A stretch of 21,989 nucleotides of DNA, taken from contig JBEKSD010000018.1 in NCBI GenBank assembly GCA_049517335.1, positions 1 through 21,989 of the forward strand, written 5' to 3'. Made by a program: the position numbers and the translations under genes. Numbering within the stretch: the stretch's first letter is position 1; the number at the start of each line of letters is the position of its first letter. This DNA comes from Candidatus Omnitrophota bacterium (lineage in GTDB: Bacteria > Omnitrophota > Gorgyraeia > Gygaellales > Profunditerraquicolaceae). The notes beneath the pieces were generated by a model. The model was not told the origin of the DNA. It saw only the letters and a program-made list of their open reading frames with translations, and ran no database searches. Positions 1 to 8,243 of this stretch are shown one piece after another.

Positions 1-229
1 TTGGGGTGGTGGTTTGGTGGATTTTGATTGGTAGTGGCGTGCGGTAGCCTTCGAGGGGGTTGTTGAAAAAGGTGCCTCTTAGGCCACCGCCCGCCGCTAA
101 CTTTAAGTGCTTGGGGGTAATAAACATACCTAGAAAACAATTCGTAAAATAATTAGTGCATTCAAAATCAAGAAATTCGTACATCACTACTAATTTTTTA
201 AGAATTAATTTATGAATTAATTTAATCAT

Positions 230-1600
230 CTAAACTCCTATTTTAGAACCTACCTTACCCACTCCTTTATCGGCATGAAGAGTTAGGGCTGTAGCTGCTT
301 CACCTATGCCGGTCAATACCCCTTTAGTCATAAACCAAGCTATTCCTGGAGACATTACTAAAAGCACTCCTGTCACCGTATTAAAATAGGGCTTCTCAAA
401 AAACCAGGATGTAGTGCCGGAAGCAAGGCTTGCCTGGAGTGTTGACATATAGACAGATGCATAGTGAATTAGGGCCCAGACAATAACCCAGGATTTGACC
501 CAAAACAAATAAATAAAATACTCCTTTAAAATACTGAAGGTCCCGAATAAAAGACAGAGCAATATAGTAAAAGGAAACAGGCTGTAAATAATCATTACCG
601 CATATCCCTGTAAGTAGGGCAAAGCCTTAATCATAAACTCGGATAAAGTGGTTGAAAAGAACTGCCCTACAAATGATGAAGCGTAAGCCAGCCAACTGGC
701 TGGCTGCCTCATTATCCAGCTTAACCTGACAGTCTTTGGTTCTACGCCATAGCCGGTCATATTTGAAGCCATGTCTATTGCGGATTTCTCAGCGTGTCCG
801 GCAAGGAGCTTTATCTTTATTGCTTTGTAGTCTATGAATAGATTAGTAAATGGCCCTTTGGCGCCTAATTTATCTATCTCTGTTTTGATATAAGCGGTTA
901 ATTTTGAATCCAAGGCATCCCAGCGTTTGCGCTGATCTGGATCATAGCTCATCATAACCTCTTCATCGCCAGGCCACCACTTCTTGCTTACTTTGCCTTG
1001 AGTACTGCTGTTATTAATCATTCTGCCTAAGGTCTGCGGATAATCATTCCTCAAGAATTCTTCAAGATCTTTCCTTAAGGCATTGTCCTTTTTGATACCC
1101 TCGCTGCTGAAATGCTGCAGGTAAATAGATACCTTATTTACGATAAACGGGTTGTTAAGATAGTTAAAGTCCTTTTGTTGAGTAACCTGGGTAATAGCAC
1201 TTATTGTTCCGTAAACAATGGCATTGTAGCCCTGACTTATGCATACAAGGCCTAAAGAGCCTGCGCGGGTCTTTCCTGAGTCGATAAAGGCCTCTTTTAG
1301 GCTATCCTGGGTACTTGTGCCCTTCCAACCGGCTGCTTCCATGGTAGAAGTAGCGTTTTCAAGGCTAGCCATAGGCTTGATAAAGATAAACAAAAGAACA
1401 CAGAACATAAACAAATAACTCCAGAGAATTGAAAAATCCGTTTCCTTAGCGGATCTCCACAAAGCGCTCAAAAACCCTATTAGAAATATGGCTAAACCTA
1501 CCCTTGTCTCAAAAAATAAGAAATCAATTATTGATTTGGCATTAACCAAACCAATAACCTCAAAAGCTGCTTCTGTGGGTGATATGCCTGTAGGGATCAT
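230..1600 (-). CDS. TraG N-terminal-like conjugative membrane protein (mating-pair stabilisation / VirB6-like)
   Basis: 456 aa. N-terminal TM pair, soluble middle, C-terminal TM cluster 'ALPYLQGYAVMIIYSLFPF...YLFWVKSWVIVWALIHY' resembling TraG_N. Start overlaps the upstream stop (ATGA at 1597-1600). Confidence 0.65.
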   Translation of the reverse strand: MIPTGISPTEAAFEVIGLVNAKSIIDFLFFETRVGLAIFLIGFLSALWRSAKETDFSILWSYLFMFCVLLFIFIKPMASLENATSTMEAAGWKGTSTQDSLKEAFIDSGKTRAGSLGLVCISQGYNAIVYGTISAITQVTQQKDFNYLNNPFIVNKVSIYLQHFSSEGIKKDNALRKDLEEFLRNDYPQTLGRMINNSSTQGKVSKKWWPGDEEVMMSYDPDQRKRWDALDSKLTAYIKTEIDKLGAKGPFTNLFIDYKAIKIKLLAGHAEKSAIDMASNMTGYGVEPKTVRLSWIMRQPASWLAYASSFVGQFFSTTLSEFMIKALPYLQGYAVMIIYSLFPFTILLCLLFGTFSILKEYFIYLFWVKSWVIVWALIHYASVYMSTLQASLASGTTSWFFEKPYFNTVTGVLLVMSPGIAWFMTKGVLTGIGEAATALTLHADKGVGKVGSKIGV

Positions 1601-2112
1601 TCTGTCAGCACTCCTAAACTGTTCTCTTCAAATTCTTGCATAAGTTCTCTAAATCTGCTCAATTGCAGACGTTCTTCACCTTGCCGCACAATATCAAGTA
1701 GTTTCCGCAGATGGAAAAACTGAATAATGTCGGGATTATTCTTATTGTTTCGCAGGAAATCTTTGATTGGTTCTGGAAGCTCCAGGGTTCTCAAGATCTT
1801 AGCAATGTATGACCAATCTTCACCTGTAAGCTTGCCCAGCGCCCTAATGCTATTAACGCCGCGAGACTCTTTCAGGTTTATGTAATATTCAGCTTTATCA
1901 AGGGGGAAACGTTCTAAACGATCAAGGTGGGTCAAATGTCTTTCCCAGGCTCTTTTTTCGATTGTAACTATGTGCTCTAGGTCTTCAGGGCGATTCCCTA
2001 GGCAAAACCTTTGCCGGGCGTTCTGGAAAATTCTGTAGAAGGGTGTTTCATACCAATAAGTTCGTGGCTGAATATCTGCATATTTCTGCAGATATCGCAT
2101 GAAAACAGCCAT
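1597..2112 (-). CDS. Hypothetical protein with ParB/Spo0J-type helix-turn-helix
   Basis: 'SIRALGKLTGEDWSYIAKILRTLELPEPIKDFL' fits a ParB-like HTH. The track start at 2235 lies inside tRNA-His, so ATG 2112 (or 2100) is more plausible. Confidence 0.6.
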   Translation of the reverse strand: MAVFMRYLQKYADIQPRTYWYETPFYRIFQNARQRFCLGNRPEDLEHIVTIEKRAWERHLTHLDRLERFPLDKAEYYINLKESRGVNSIRALGKLTGEDWSYIAKILRTLELPEPIKDFLRNNKNNPDIIQFFHLRKLLDIVRQGEERLQLSRFRELMQEFEENSLGVLTE

Positions 2113-2144
2113 TTCTGGGGGAGTTACGCTTCTTTCTGCCCCAG

Positions 2145-2199
2145 AAAAAGAAAAACCCTCATGCTTGTGGCTCGCTTGAGCCCCGGTTCGCATGAGGGT
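2145..2199 (-). terminator. Intrinsic terminator after tRNA-His
   Basis: 10-bp arms accctcatgc (2155-2164) / gcatgagggt (2190-2199), inner GGCTC/GAGCC stem, followed on the minus strand by TTTTCTTTTT. Confidence 0.65.
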
Positions 2200-2205
2200 A
2201 ACATT

Positions 2206-2283
2206 TGGGGTGGCTGACGGGGATCGAACCCGCAACCTTTAGAGCCACAGTCTAACGCTCTAACCAATTGAGCTACAGCCACC
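2206..2283 (-). tRNA. tRNA-His(GUG)
   Basis: Reverse complement G-GTGGCTGTAGCTCAATTGGTTAGAGCG TTAGA CTGTGGC TCTAA AGGTTGCGGGTTCGATCCCCGTCAGCCAC-C-CCA. G-1:C73 His identity, encoded CCA. Confidence 0.97.
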
Positions 2284-2323
2284 ATAACAAAACTAGAAAT
2301 AACAAACTTTTACAATAAGATAC

Positions 2324-2590
2324 TTATACAGTAACTTGTAATCGCAATTTCTTTTTTCTTGGCCAACCCTTAATTTCTGCTTCTCTTTTCAATGCAAGTA
2401 CCCTGGACGGATAAATCTCATTATGTATCAGCATAACAGGAGTTCTAAATCTTGTAAATTTACAACCTTGCCCTCTATTATGCTGTTTAACGCGCCTCTC
2501 TAAATCATTGGTTATACCAGTATATAATTTACCGTCCTTACATTCAAGAATATAAACATACCATTTTTTCAAGCTTACATTTTTCGTCAA
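2324..2590 (-). CDS. Small GIY-YIG nuclease family protein (UPF0213/YazA-like)
   Basis: 'WYVYILECKDGKLYTGITNDLERRVKQHN..G..CKFTR...ALKREAEIKGWPRKKK'. Confidence 0.9.
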   Translation of the reverse strand: MTKNVSLKKWYVYILECKDGKLYTGITNDLERRVKQHNRGQGCKFTRFRTPVMLIHNEIYPSRVLALKREAEIKGWPRKKKLRLQVTV

Positions 2591-2646
2591 TTGTCCTTCG
2601 CTACGCTTAGTTCTCAGGATACATTCGCAGACACAGCCTTCAGCTT

Positions 2647-2679
2647 ATGGTTTACGTTACTGCCGCTTCCGTAAACCAT
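2647..2679. repeat. Intergenic inverted repeat
   Basis: atggtttacg (2647-2656) / cgtaaaccat (2670-2679), 13-nt loop. Confidence 0.6.
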
Positions 2680-2696
2680 CTACTCATGAACTTAAT

Positions 2697-3059
2697 CTAC
2701 CATTTCATCCCTAAAACACTCTTTATTTTTTGAATAATTTCTTCTTTAGTGCTGGATTTGGAAATATATAACCGCCCCTTGATATCGCCTTCCTCTTCCT
2801 TGGTAATCAGGCCGCTTAAGAATACTACAGGAATATTTTTTGTCGTTGCGTTCTCTGACAAAGCCTGCTGGACATCTCCCCCGTCCATTTCAGGCATATT
2901 TATATCCAGTAGTATCAAGCCCGGCCGCTCAAGGTCAGCAAGACGTAAACCTTCCTGAGCGCTGGTTGCAGTTAAAACTTCAAATCCTTCCCTTGATAAA
3001 ATGCGGGCAAAGAACTCAACTATATCCTTTTCATTATCCACAATTAAGATTTTAACCAC
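2697..3059 (-). CDS. Single-domain response regulator (receiver only)
   Basis: 'KILIVDNE', 'LILLDINMPEMDG', 'PVVFLSG', 'YISK'. GTG start after AGGAG. Confidence 0.9.
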   Translation of the reverse strand: MVKILIVDNEKDIVEFFARILSREGFEVLTATSAQEGLRLADLERPGLILLDINMPEMDGGDVQQALSENATTKNIPVVFLSGLITKEEEGDIKGRLYISKSSTKEEIIQKIKSVLGMKW

Positions 3060-3082
3060 AACCGCTCCTTTCTTTTTAGGAA

Positions 3083-4294
3083 TTATTTACTTTGTTTTAC
3101 CACCTTCGGTGGCCTGCCAAATGTGTCTACGATGACTTTCCTGAATTCGTTCCCTACGGCAAAAATACCATCGATAACCGACTTGCTCATATCCGTCCCG
3201 CCCCTTACAGCTCCTTCAAGAAACTTGGCCGGAAGTATTACTACGTCTTTCGGCTGCAATCCTCCACCCTGCGCATGAGAGAGTTTGCTTTCAAAAGCTA
3301 TCTTAATATTTCCAAAACCAAACTCCGGCTTATCCATTTTTGTTTTTATGGTAAAATCCAGGACGACTTTTCCCTGATCTAAAGCCTTGAAAATGTCCAA
3401 TACCGCATTAGTGATCCGCTCGGCTTTTTGTTCCGGCTCCTCCGGAGGCCGCGCCTTACGTACGATATTCGTCAGTTCCAGCTTACATTCGGCGCTGATA
3501 TCGTTATTTTCCCCCTTGATGTTGCTGTCAAAATTAAGATTTGCTTTTTCAATACGCGCCTTCTCAAGATCTACCCAGTTGGAATAATACGGGTAAAGAT
3601 AAATCCCGTCAATGCCGTGGATCTTGAGGCTTGCCTGCATATCTTTTTTTGAAAAATTCAACCAGCCGCCGGCTTCAATAGTCCCAGCTTCCTGTCCGAC
3701 ACTCCAAGGGATATTGCCTTTTAAATCAAATGAGGTAACCTTTCCGGAGGCAAAAGAATATAAATTGGATATATTCAAATTTATGTTCCTGATAACCAGC
3801 TTAAGGCCTCCTTTTGTAATAGTCTGGTCTATAAATATAATTTTACCGTCCCTCACCTCCAAACGTACGAATATTACTTTCAAGGGTATGGTTTTATTCT
3901 GCGTAAATAAAGCCTGCTGGAGAGACGCCTTCTCGGTCGCAGCAGCCCCGTCTTTACTCTCTGCAAGGGCTTCAGATTTCTTTTCAAAGAAAAAATCAGG
4001 TTTATTCACTATTACCCGGTTTAACGCAAGCTGGCCAAAAAACAGCCTAAACATGCTCGGAGAAATTAGAATACTGTCAGTCCTTAAGAGTCCTTCGATT
4101 TTCAAATTTTTAATTTCAATCCTCAGCGGCGGCGTAAGGGTAAAATCGCCTACTGAGACTTTTCTATGGGTAATCTCCTGTAACTGTTTTATAAGGACCG
4201 GTTTGCCAAAGGCAGCAAGCAATAAATAGCCGGATAAGAATAACGAGAGGATAAGTACAATCCCGATAAATAAAAACTTCATCCACGTTTTCAT
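3083..4294 (-). CDS. AsmA-like / DUF748 family envelope protein
   Basis: N-terminal TM anchor followed by a beta-rich region ('KVSVGDFTL', 'LEVRDGKIIFID') typical of AsmA-like proteins. Confidence 0.7.
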   Translation of the reverse strand: MKTWMKFLFIGIVLILSLFLSGYLLLAAFGKPVLIKQLQEITHRKVSVGDFTLTPPLRIEIKNLKIEGLLRTDSILISPSMFRLFFGQLALNRVIVNKPDFFFEKKSEALAESKDGAAATEKASLQQALFTQNKTIPLKVIFVRLEVRDGKIIFIDQTITKGGLKLVIRNINLNISNLYSFASGKVTSFDLKGNIPWSVGQEAGTIEAGGWLNFSKKDMQASLKIHGIDGIYLYPYYSNWVDLEKARIEKANLNFDSNIKGENNDISAECKLELTNIVRKARPPEEPEQKAERITNAVLDIFKALDQGKVVLDFTIKTKMDKPEFGFGNIKIAFESKLSHAQGGGLQPKDVVILPAKFLEGAVRGGTDMSKSVIDGIFAVGNEFRKVIVDTFGRPPKVVKQSK

Positions 4295-4312
4295 ATCTTT
4301 TTGATTTATTTA

Positions 4313-4386
4313 TGCGCCTGGGCCGAATCGAACGGCCAACAACCGGCTTAGAAGGCAGGTGCTCTATCCAATTGAGCTACAGGCGC
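4313..4386 (-). tRNA. tRNA-Arg(UCU)
   Basis: GCGCCTG/CAGGCGC acceptor, loop CT-TCT-AA, T arm GGCCG-TTCGATT-CGGCC. CCA not encoded. Confidence 0.95.
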
Positions 4387-4418
4387 ATATTAATTTAAAA
4401 CTTGTAAGAACGGATAAG

Positions 4419-4494
4419 TCGGGGAGGTGAGACTTGAACTCACGACCTCTTGCTCCCAAAGCAAGCGCTCTAAACCAAACTGAGCTACTCCCCG
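4419..4494 (-). tRNA. tRNA-Pro(UGG)
   Basis: CGGGGAG/CTCCCCG acceptor, CTTGC-TT-TGG-GA-GCAAG anticodon arm, GTTCAAG T loop. CCA not encoded. Confidence 0.96.
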
Positions 4495-4508
4495 TTATAA
4501 ATATTATA

Positions 4509-5123
4509 TCAACTGAGCTTACTTTGCTCAATATATTTCTGGATTACCCTTTTTATTTTTTTTAAAGCTATATAACGGTGGCTCATCCTATGCTTGATAC
4601 GCTCGCCAAGCTGGGCAAATGTTTTTTTGTATTTGGGGATAATGAAAAGCGGGTCATACCCGAAACCATACCTGCCTTTTTGCTCAAAACCGATTACTCC
4701 GTTACATTTACCTTCAACTAAAGCCACAAGCCCGCCTTTATCCGCGATAGCTGCAGCGCAAACATAATGCGCTTTTCTACTGTTCGGCGGCTTACCTTTA
4801 AGCAGCTTGAGGATTTTAAGGTTATTCTGTAAATCGCTTTTCTGCTTTCCGGCGAACCTTGCGGAATATATGCCCGGCGCGCCATTTAAAGCGTCAACGC
4901 AAAGCCCGGAATCCTCCCCTAAGGTAAGCTTCCCGGTGAAGCGCGCAATTCTGATTGCTTTTTTGGCTGCGTTTTCCTTAAAAGTCTTCCCGTTTTCAAT
5001 GATTTTTGGCGTTTTGGGGTAATCGGCGAGTGAAGTTATTCTTAAATTAAAATTCCAGAGCAGCTCTTTTATTTCTTTAAGTTTCTTTTTATTCTTAGTC
5101 GCGACCAATAATTCGGGCATCAC
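4509..5123 (-). CDS. rdgB: dITP/XTP pyrophosphatase (Ham1 family)
   Basis: '[10 protein letters not shown]', '[20 protein letters not shown]', 'GFGYDPLF', 'SHR'. Confidence 0.95.
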   Translation of the reverse strand: MMPELLVATKNKKKLKEIKELLWNFNLRITSLADYPKTPKIIENGKTFKENAAKKAIRIARFTGKLTLGEDSGLCVDALNGAPGIYSARFAGKQKSDLQNNLKILKLLKGKPPNSRKAHYVCAAAIADKGGLVALVEGKCNGVIGFEQKGRYGFGYDPLFIIPKYKKTFAQLGERIKHRMSHRYIALKKIKRVIQKYIEQSKLS

Positions 5124-5833
5124 AATATGTCTTTAAGCAGACTTTTCTGGATAGCGACTAAGTCGGCAATCCCCTTTTTTCCCAACTCCATTAAGACGTC
5201 CATCTGGTTCTTGGTGAATGATTTCCTTTCGGCCGTGCCCTGGATTTCAATGAACTCGCCCCCCCCGGTCATAACAATATTCATGTCCACGTCAGCTTTT
5301 GAATCTTCTTCATAACATAAATCCAGGATGGAATTGCCGTTTAATATGCCCACGCTGGTTGCGGCGACAAAGTCTTTTAAGAGTATCTTGCTGATTAGGC
5401 CGTCCTTCTTCAGCTTATTCATGGCATCTGCCAGAGCGATAAAACTGCCGGTGATGGAAGCTGTGCGCGTGCCGCCGTCGCCCTGAATCACGTCACAGTC
5501 AATCCAGATACTACGCTCTCCTAAATTCTTCATATCGGAGACCGCCCTAAGCGACCTGCCTACAAGCCGCTGTATTTCATAAGTCCGGCCGGAATCTTTT
5601 CCCCGCGGGATACGCGTCCCGCAGGACCGGGGAAGCATACCGTATTCGGCGGTAATCCAGCCTGTGCCTGAGCCCCTTAAAAACGGAGGAACTGTTTCAT
5701 CAACAGAAGCAGTGCAGATGACTTTGGTATTGCCTAATTCAATTAAACATGAACCTTCGGGGAATTTTAAATAATTGCGGGTTATCTGGACCTTGCGTAA
5801 TTTATCCGCACCCCTGCCGTCACTTCTTATCAT
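5120..5833 (-). CDS. rph: Ribonuclease PH
   Basis: 'RSDGR', '[11 protein letters not shown]', '[16 protein letters not shown]', '[11 protein letters not shown]', 'EIQGTAE'. Start reassigned to ATG 5833, downstream of GGAG. Confidence 0.96.
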   Translation of the reverse strand: MIRSDGRGADKLRKVQITRNYLKFPEGSCLIELGNTKVICTASVDETVPPFLRGSGTGWITAEYGMLPRSCGTRIPRGKDSGRTYEIQRLVGRSLRAVSDMKNLGERSIWIDCDVIQGDGGTRTASITGSFIALADAMNKLKKDGLISKILLKDFVAATSVGILNGNSILDLCYEEDSKADVDMNIVMTGGGEFIEIQGTAERKSFTKNQMDVLMELGKKGIADLVAIQKSLLKDIL

Positions 5834-6335
5834 AAATACTCCTTCCCTTATTATCAATGGCAACAATTAGAGGAAAATCTTTAACTTCCAGCCTCATAAC
5901 CGCTTCGGGGCCTAAGTCCCGGTAGAATAGAGGCTTTGCGCTTTTAACATATTCGGTAATCAGCGCTCCGCATCCGGCAAAAGCTAAAAAATATACTGCT
6001 TTATATTTTTTTATCGCCGCTATTACCTCTTTTGAGCGGCTACCCTTGCCGATCATCCCTTTTAACCCGGCTTTAAGCAGGACAGGAGTAAACTCATCCA
6101 TGCGCGCACTTGTGGTCGGGCCGCAGGAACCAATAGTCATCCCTTTGGGTGTCTTGGTGGGACCGCAATAATAAATTACCTGATTCCTTATATCAAACGG
6201 TATTTTCCCAGATTCAACCATCCGTTTATGCGCCTGATCGCGCGCAGTGTAAATTATGCCGCTTAACAAAACCCCTTCCCCGGCTTTAAGATTCTGAATT
6301 TGCCTTTGATTTAAAGGTGCATTGATTTTTTTCAT
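5820..6335 (-). CDS. Fe-S hydro-lyase beta subunit (class I fumarase / L-tartrate dehydratase)
   Basis: '[11 protein letters not shown]', 'GPTTSARMD', 'GMIGKG', 'DLGPEA'. Start 6335 coupled to the alpha stop (TAATG). Confidence 0.92.
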   Translation of the reverse strand: MKKINAPLNQRQIQNLKAGEGVLLSGIIYTARDQAHKRMVESGKIPFDIRNQVIYYCGPTKTPKGMTIGSCGPTTSARMDEFTPVLLKAGLKGMIGKGSRSKEVIAAIKKYKAVYFLAFAGCGALITEYVKSAKPLFYRDLGPEAVMRLEVKDFPLIVAIDNKGRSIYDKK

Positions 6336-7186
6336 TATAATCTTTTTGACGCAATCCTTAAAGCATGGCAACTGATATTAACTGCCACAGGTAGGCCGGC
6401 GATATGCGTAGGGTATTTCTCGACATTTACCGCTAAAGTTGTAGTTTTACCTCCTAAACCCATGGGCCCGATATTGAGTTTATTTATATCAGATAATAAT
6501 TCTTGCTCAAGTTTAGGGACAGTCCCCTGCGGAGACTGTCCCTTTTTACGGCCACTGCCTATTTTCTTAAGGAGTGCTTTCTTGGCTAATAAACACGCAT
6601 AATCCGCGGTCCCGCCTATACCGACACTGACTACGTAAGGCGGGCAGGCATCAGCTCCAGCAATTTTAACAGCTTCTATTACGAATTTTTTAATCTCGCT
6701 TAATTTTGCTGTGGGCTTGAACATTTTTAATTGCGATTTGTTTTCACAGCCAAACCCTTTCGGTAGAACCGTTATCTTAATTTTGTTCCCCCCCACTATT
6801 TCGGTGTGTATTACCGCAGGAGAATACTGGCAGGTGTCCCTATGAAGAGGGTCAGGCACGATGGAATTCCTTAAACTACCCATTCTATACCCGGCTTCCA
6901 CCCCCTTATTTATAGCTTGTTTCAAATCACCATTTACTTTTACATTTTGCCCTATCTTTACAAAAACAATAGGCATGCCGGTATCCTGGCATATTGCTAT
7001 TTTCTTTCGGCTAGCAATGTAAGCATTTTTAATAATTGCTGCCAAAATTTTCCTCGCGCTCTCGTTATGTTCAATTTTGTAAGCGTTTTTCAATGCACTA
7101 AAAATATCTGCCCTTAAGAATAAATTGGCCCGGATTGACAAATCCCTAACCGTATCCCTGATTAGCTTAGCCGGAATTACCCTCAT
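6335..7186 (-). CDS. Fe-S hydro-lyase alpha subunit (class I fumarase / L-tartrate dehydratase)
   Basis: 'ICQDTG', 'PKGFGCEN', 'ACPP..VGIGGT', 'IGPMGLGGKTT', 'PTHIAGLPVAVNISCHALR'. Confidence 0.93.
   Translation of the reverse strand: MRVIPAKLIRDTVRDLSIRANLFLRADIFSALKNAYKIEHNESARKILAAIIKNAYIASRKKIAICQDTGMPIVFVKIGQNVKVNGDLKQAINKGVEAGYRMGSLRNSIVPDPLHRDTCQYSPAVIHTEIVGGNKIKITVLPKGFGCENKSQLKMFKPTAKLSEIKKFVIEAVKIAGADACPPYVVSVGIGGTADYACLLAKKALLKKIGSGRKKGQSPQGTVPKLEQELLSDINKLNIGPMGLGGKTTTLAVNVEKYPTHIAGLPVAVNISCHALRIASKRL
6515..6543. repeat. REP-like palindrome inside the hydro-lyase alpha CDS
   Basis: agggacagtc (6515-6524) / gactgtccct (6534-6543), perfect 10-bp arms, translated as KGQSPQGTVP. Confidence 0.7.
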
Positions 7187-7575
7187 TTTCTTTTGTACTC
7201 CCTAATCACCGTCGTGGTAATGCCTCCGCGGGGATTAAAAACCGCCTTAATCCTCATCCAGCGCGGTTTAACAATACTGACTAAGTCCTCGATCATCTTA
7301 TTAACCAGATGTTCATGGAATATGCCGATATTCCGGAAAAATACCGTGTACAGCTTTAAGGATTTCAGCTCAATGCAATATTTCCGCGGCGAATATTCAA
7401 TGTTGATTACGGCAAAATCCGGCAGGCCTGTCTTGGGACAGATGCAGGTAAACTCCGGAATATCAATATTTATCGTATAAACCTTATCCGGATACTGGTT
7501 CTGCCAGATTTCAAGTTTAGGAGTCTTTAACTTCCTGACGTTTTTCTGCAGGCCTTCGTAAGTAGATTTTTTCAT
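7183..7575 (-). CDS. queF: NADPH-dependent preQ0 reductase, type I (short)
   Basis: 'PEFTCICPKTGLPDFA', QueF motif 'ELKSLKLY', 'FHE', 'FNPRGGI'. Confidence 0.96.
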   Translation of the reverse strand: MKKSTYEGLQKNVRKLKTPKLEIWQNQYPDKVYTINIDIPEFTCICPKTGLPDFAVINIEYSPRKYCIELKSLKLYTVFFRNIGIFHEHLVNKMIEDLVSIVKPRWMRIKAVFNPRGGITTTVIREYKRK

Positions 7576-8243
7576 GACAATCCTATAATTTTATGTATCT
7601 GCGGAATAACGCAGGTGGAAATTTTTTCCTGAAAGCAAATATTCCTGAAATTCTCCAATTTTTTAGCTAATGCTTTAGCCCCTTCAAATGAATTCGGCTG
7701 CAACACGAGCATTGCCGCTTTATTGACGTTCTTTATCATCTCTATGGTAAGGCGCAGGTCTTCTTCTTTGGTGGATGCGCATATAATTGCCTTGATAAAA
7801 ACCTCCTTGCGGGAGGCAATCTTCAAAAACTTACTGTGCACCTCCCAGAATCCCTGCAGGCCGGTAGAGCTGGGAAGCTTTACGTCCATAGCCACAATGT
7901 CTATATGCTCAATCACGCTCTCAAGTTCAAGCGGCAGCGTGCCGTTTGTTTCAAGATAATTCCTGAATCCCGACGCCCGAGTCAGTTTGAGCAACTCTTT
8001 TAAAAATTTATTATGGAGCAAAGGCTCGCCCCCGGTAAAAGAGATAGAATGATAACTATTCCAGTAGACCTTTAGCTCATTGAGCAATTCTTTCGGCTCA
8101 TATTCCCTGAAACTGTCCAATCTTGTATCGCAGTAGCGACAGTTAAGATTGCAGCCGAAGAAACGCACGAATATCTGTCTTTCTCCCACGTATAAGCCTT
8201 CACCCTGCACGCTGTCAAAAATTTCGGCTATCTTAGCTTTCAT
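7572..8243 (-). CDS. queE: 7-carboxy-7-deazaguanine synthase (radical SAM)
   Basis: 'EIFDSVQGEG', 'GCNLNCRYCDT', 'TGGEP', 'LETNGT', 'PQIHK'. Confidence 0.94.
   Translation of the reverse strand: MKAKIAEIFDSVQGEGLYVGERQIFVRFFGCNLNCRYCDTRLDSFREYEPKELLNELKVYWNSYHSISFTGGEPLLHNKFLKELLKLTRASGFRNYLETNGTLPLELESVIEHIDIVAMDVKLPSSTGLQGFWEVHSKFLKIASRKEVFIKAIICASTKEEDLRLTIEMIKNVNKAAMLVLQPNSFEGAKALAKKLENFRNICFQEKISTCVIPQIHKIIGLS

Larger units (their letters stand above)
1..2205. mobile_element. Edge of a putative integrative/conjugative element at the tRNA-His 3' end (extends beyond window)
   Basis: TraG_N-like and HTH genes directly downstream of a tRNA 3' end. No integrase or second att site is visible in the window. 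Confidence 0.45.

Noticed and set aside
1-9. ttggggtgg matches the tRNA-His 3' end (2205-2213), suggesting an att duplicate
   Set aside because: Only 9 bp, diverges immediately toward the tRNA body, lies in a low-complexity G/T tract and is cut by the window edge.
1-127. Minus-strand open frame MFITPKHLKLAAGGGLRGTFFNNPLEG... running off the window
   Set aside because: 42 codons, no recognisable motif or SD, so it cannot be supported from this window.
202-224. Tandem gaattaattta x2
   Set aside because: Very AT-rich context, plausible by chance.
2113-2235. N-terminal extension of the 212-aa ORF
   Set aside because: Starts inside tRNA-His and crosses its terminator, so most likely non-coding.
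3092-4229. Plus-strand ORFs, including the 205-aa one, and similar antisense ORFs across the window
   Set aside because: Shadows of well-supported minus-strand genes with no motifs.
4343-4359. U29:C41 mismatch in the tRNA-Arg anticodon stem
   Set aside because: Single mismatches occur in functional tRNAs and all other arms are canonical, so this is not evidence of a pseudogene.
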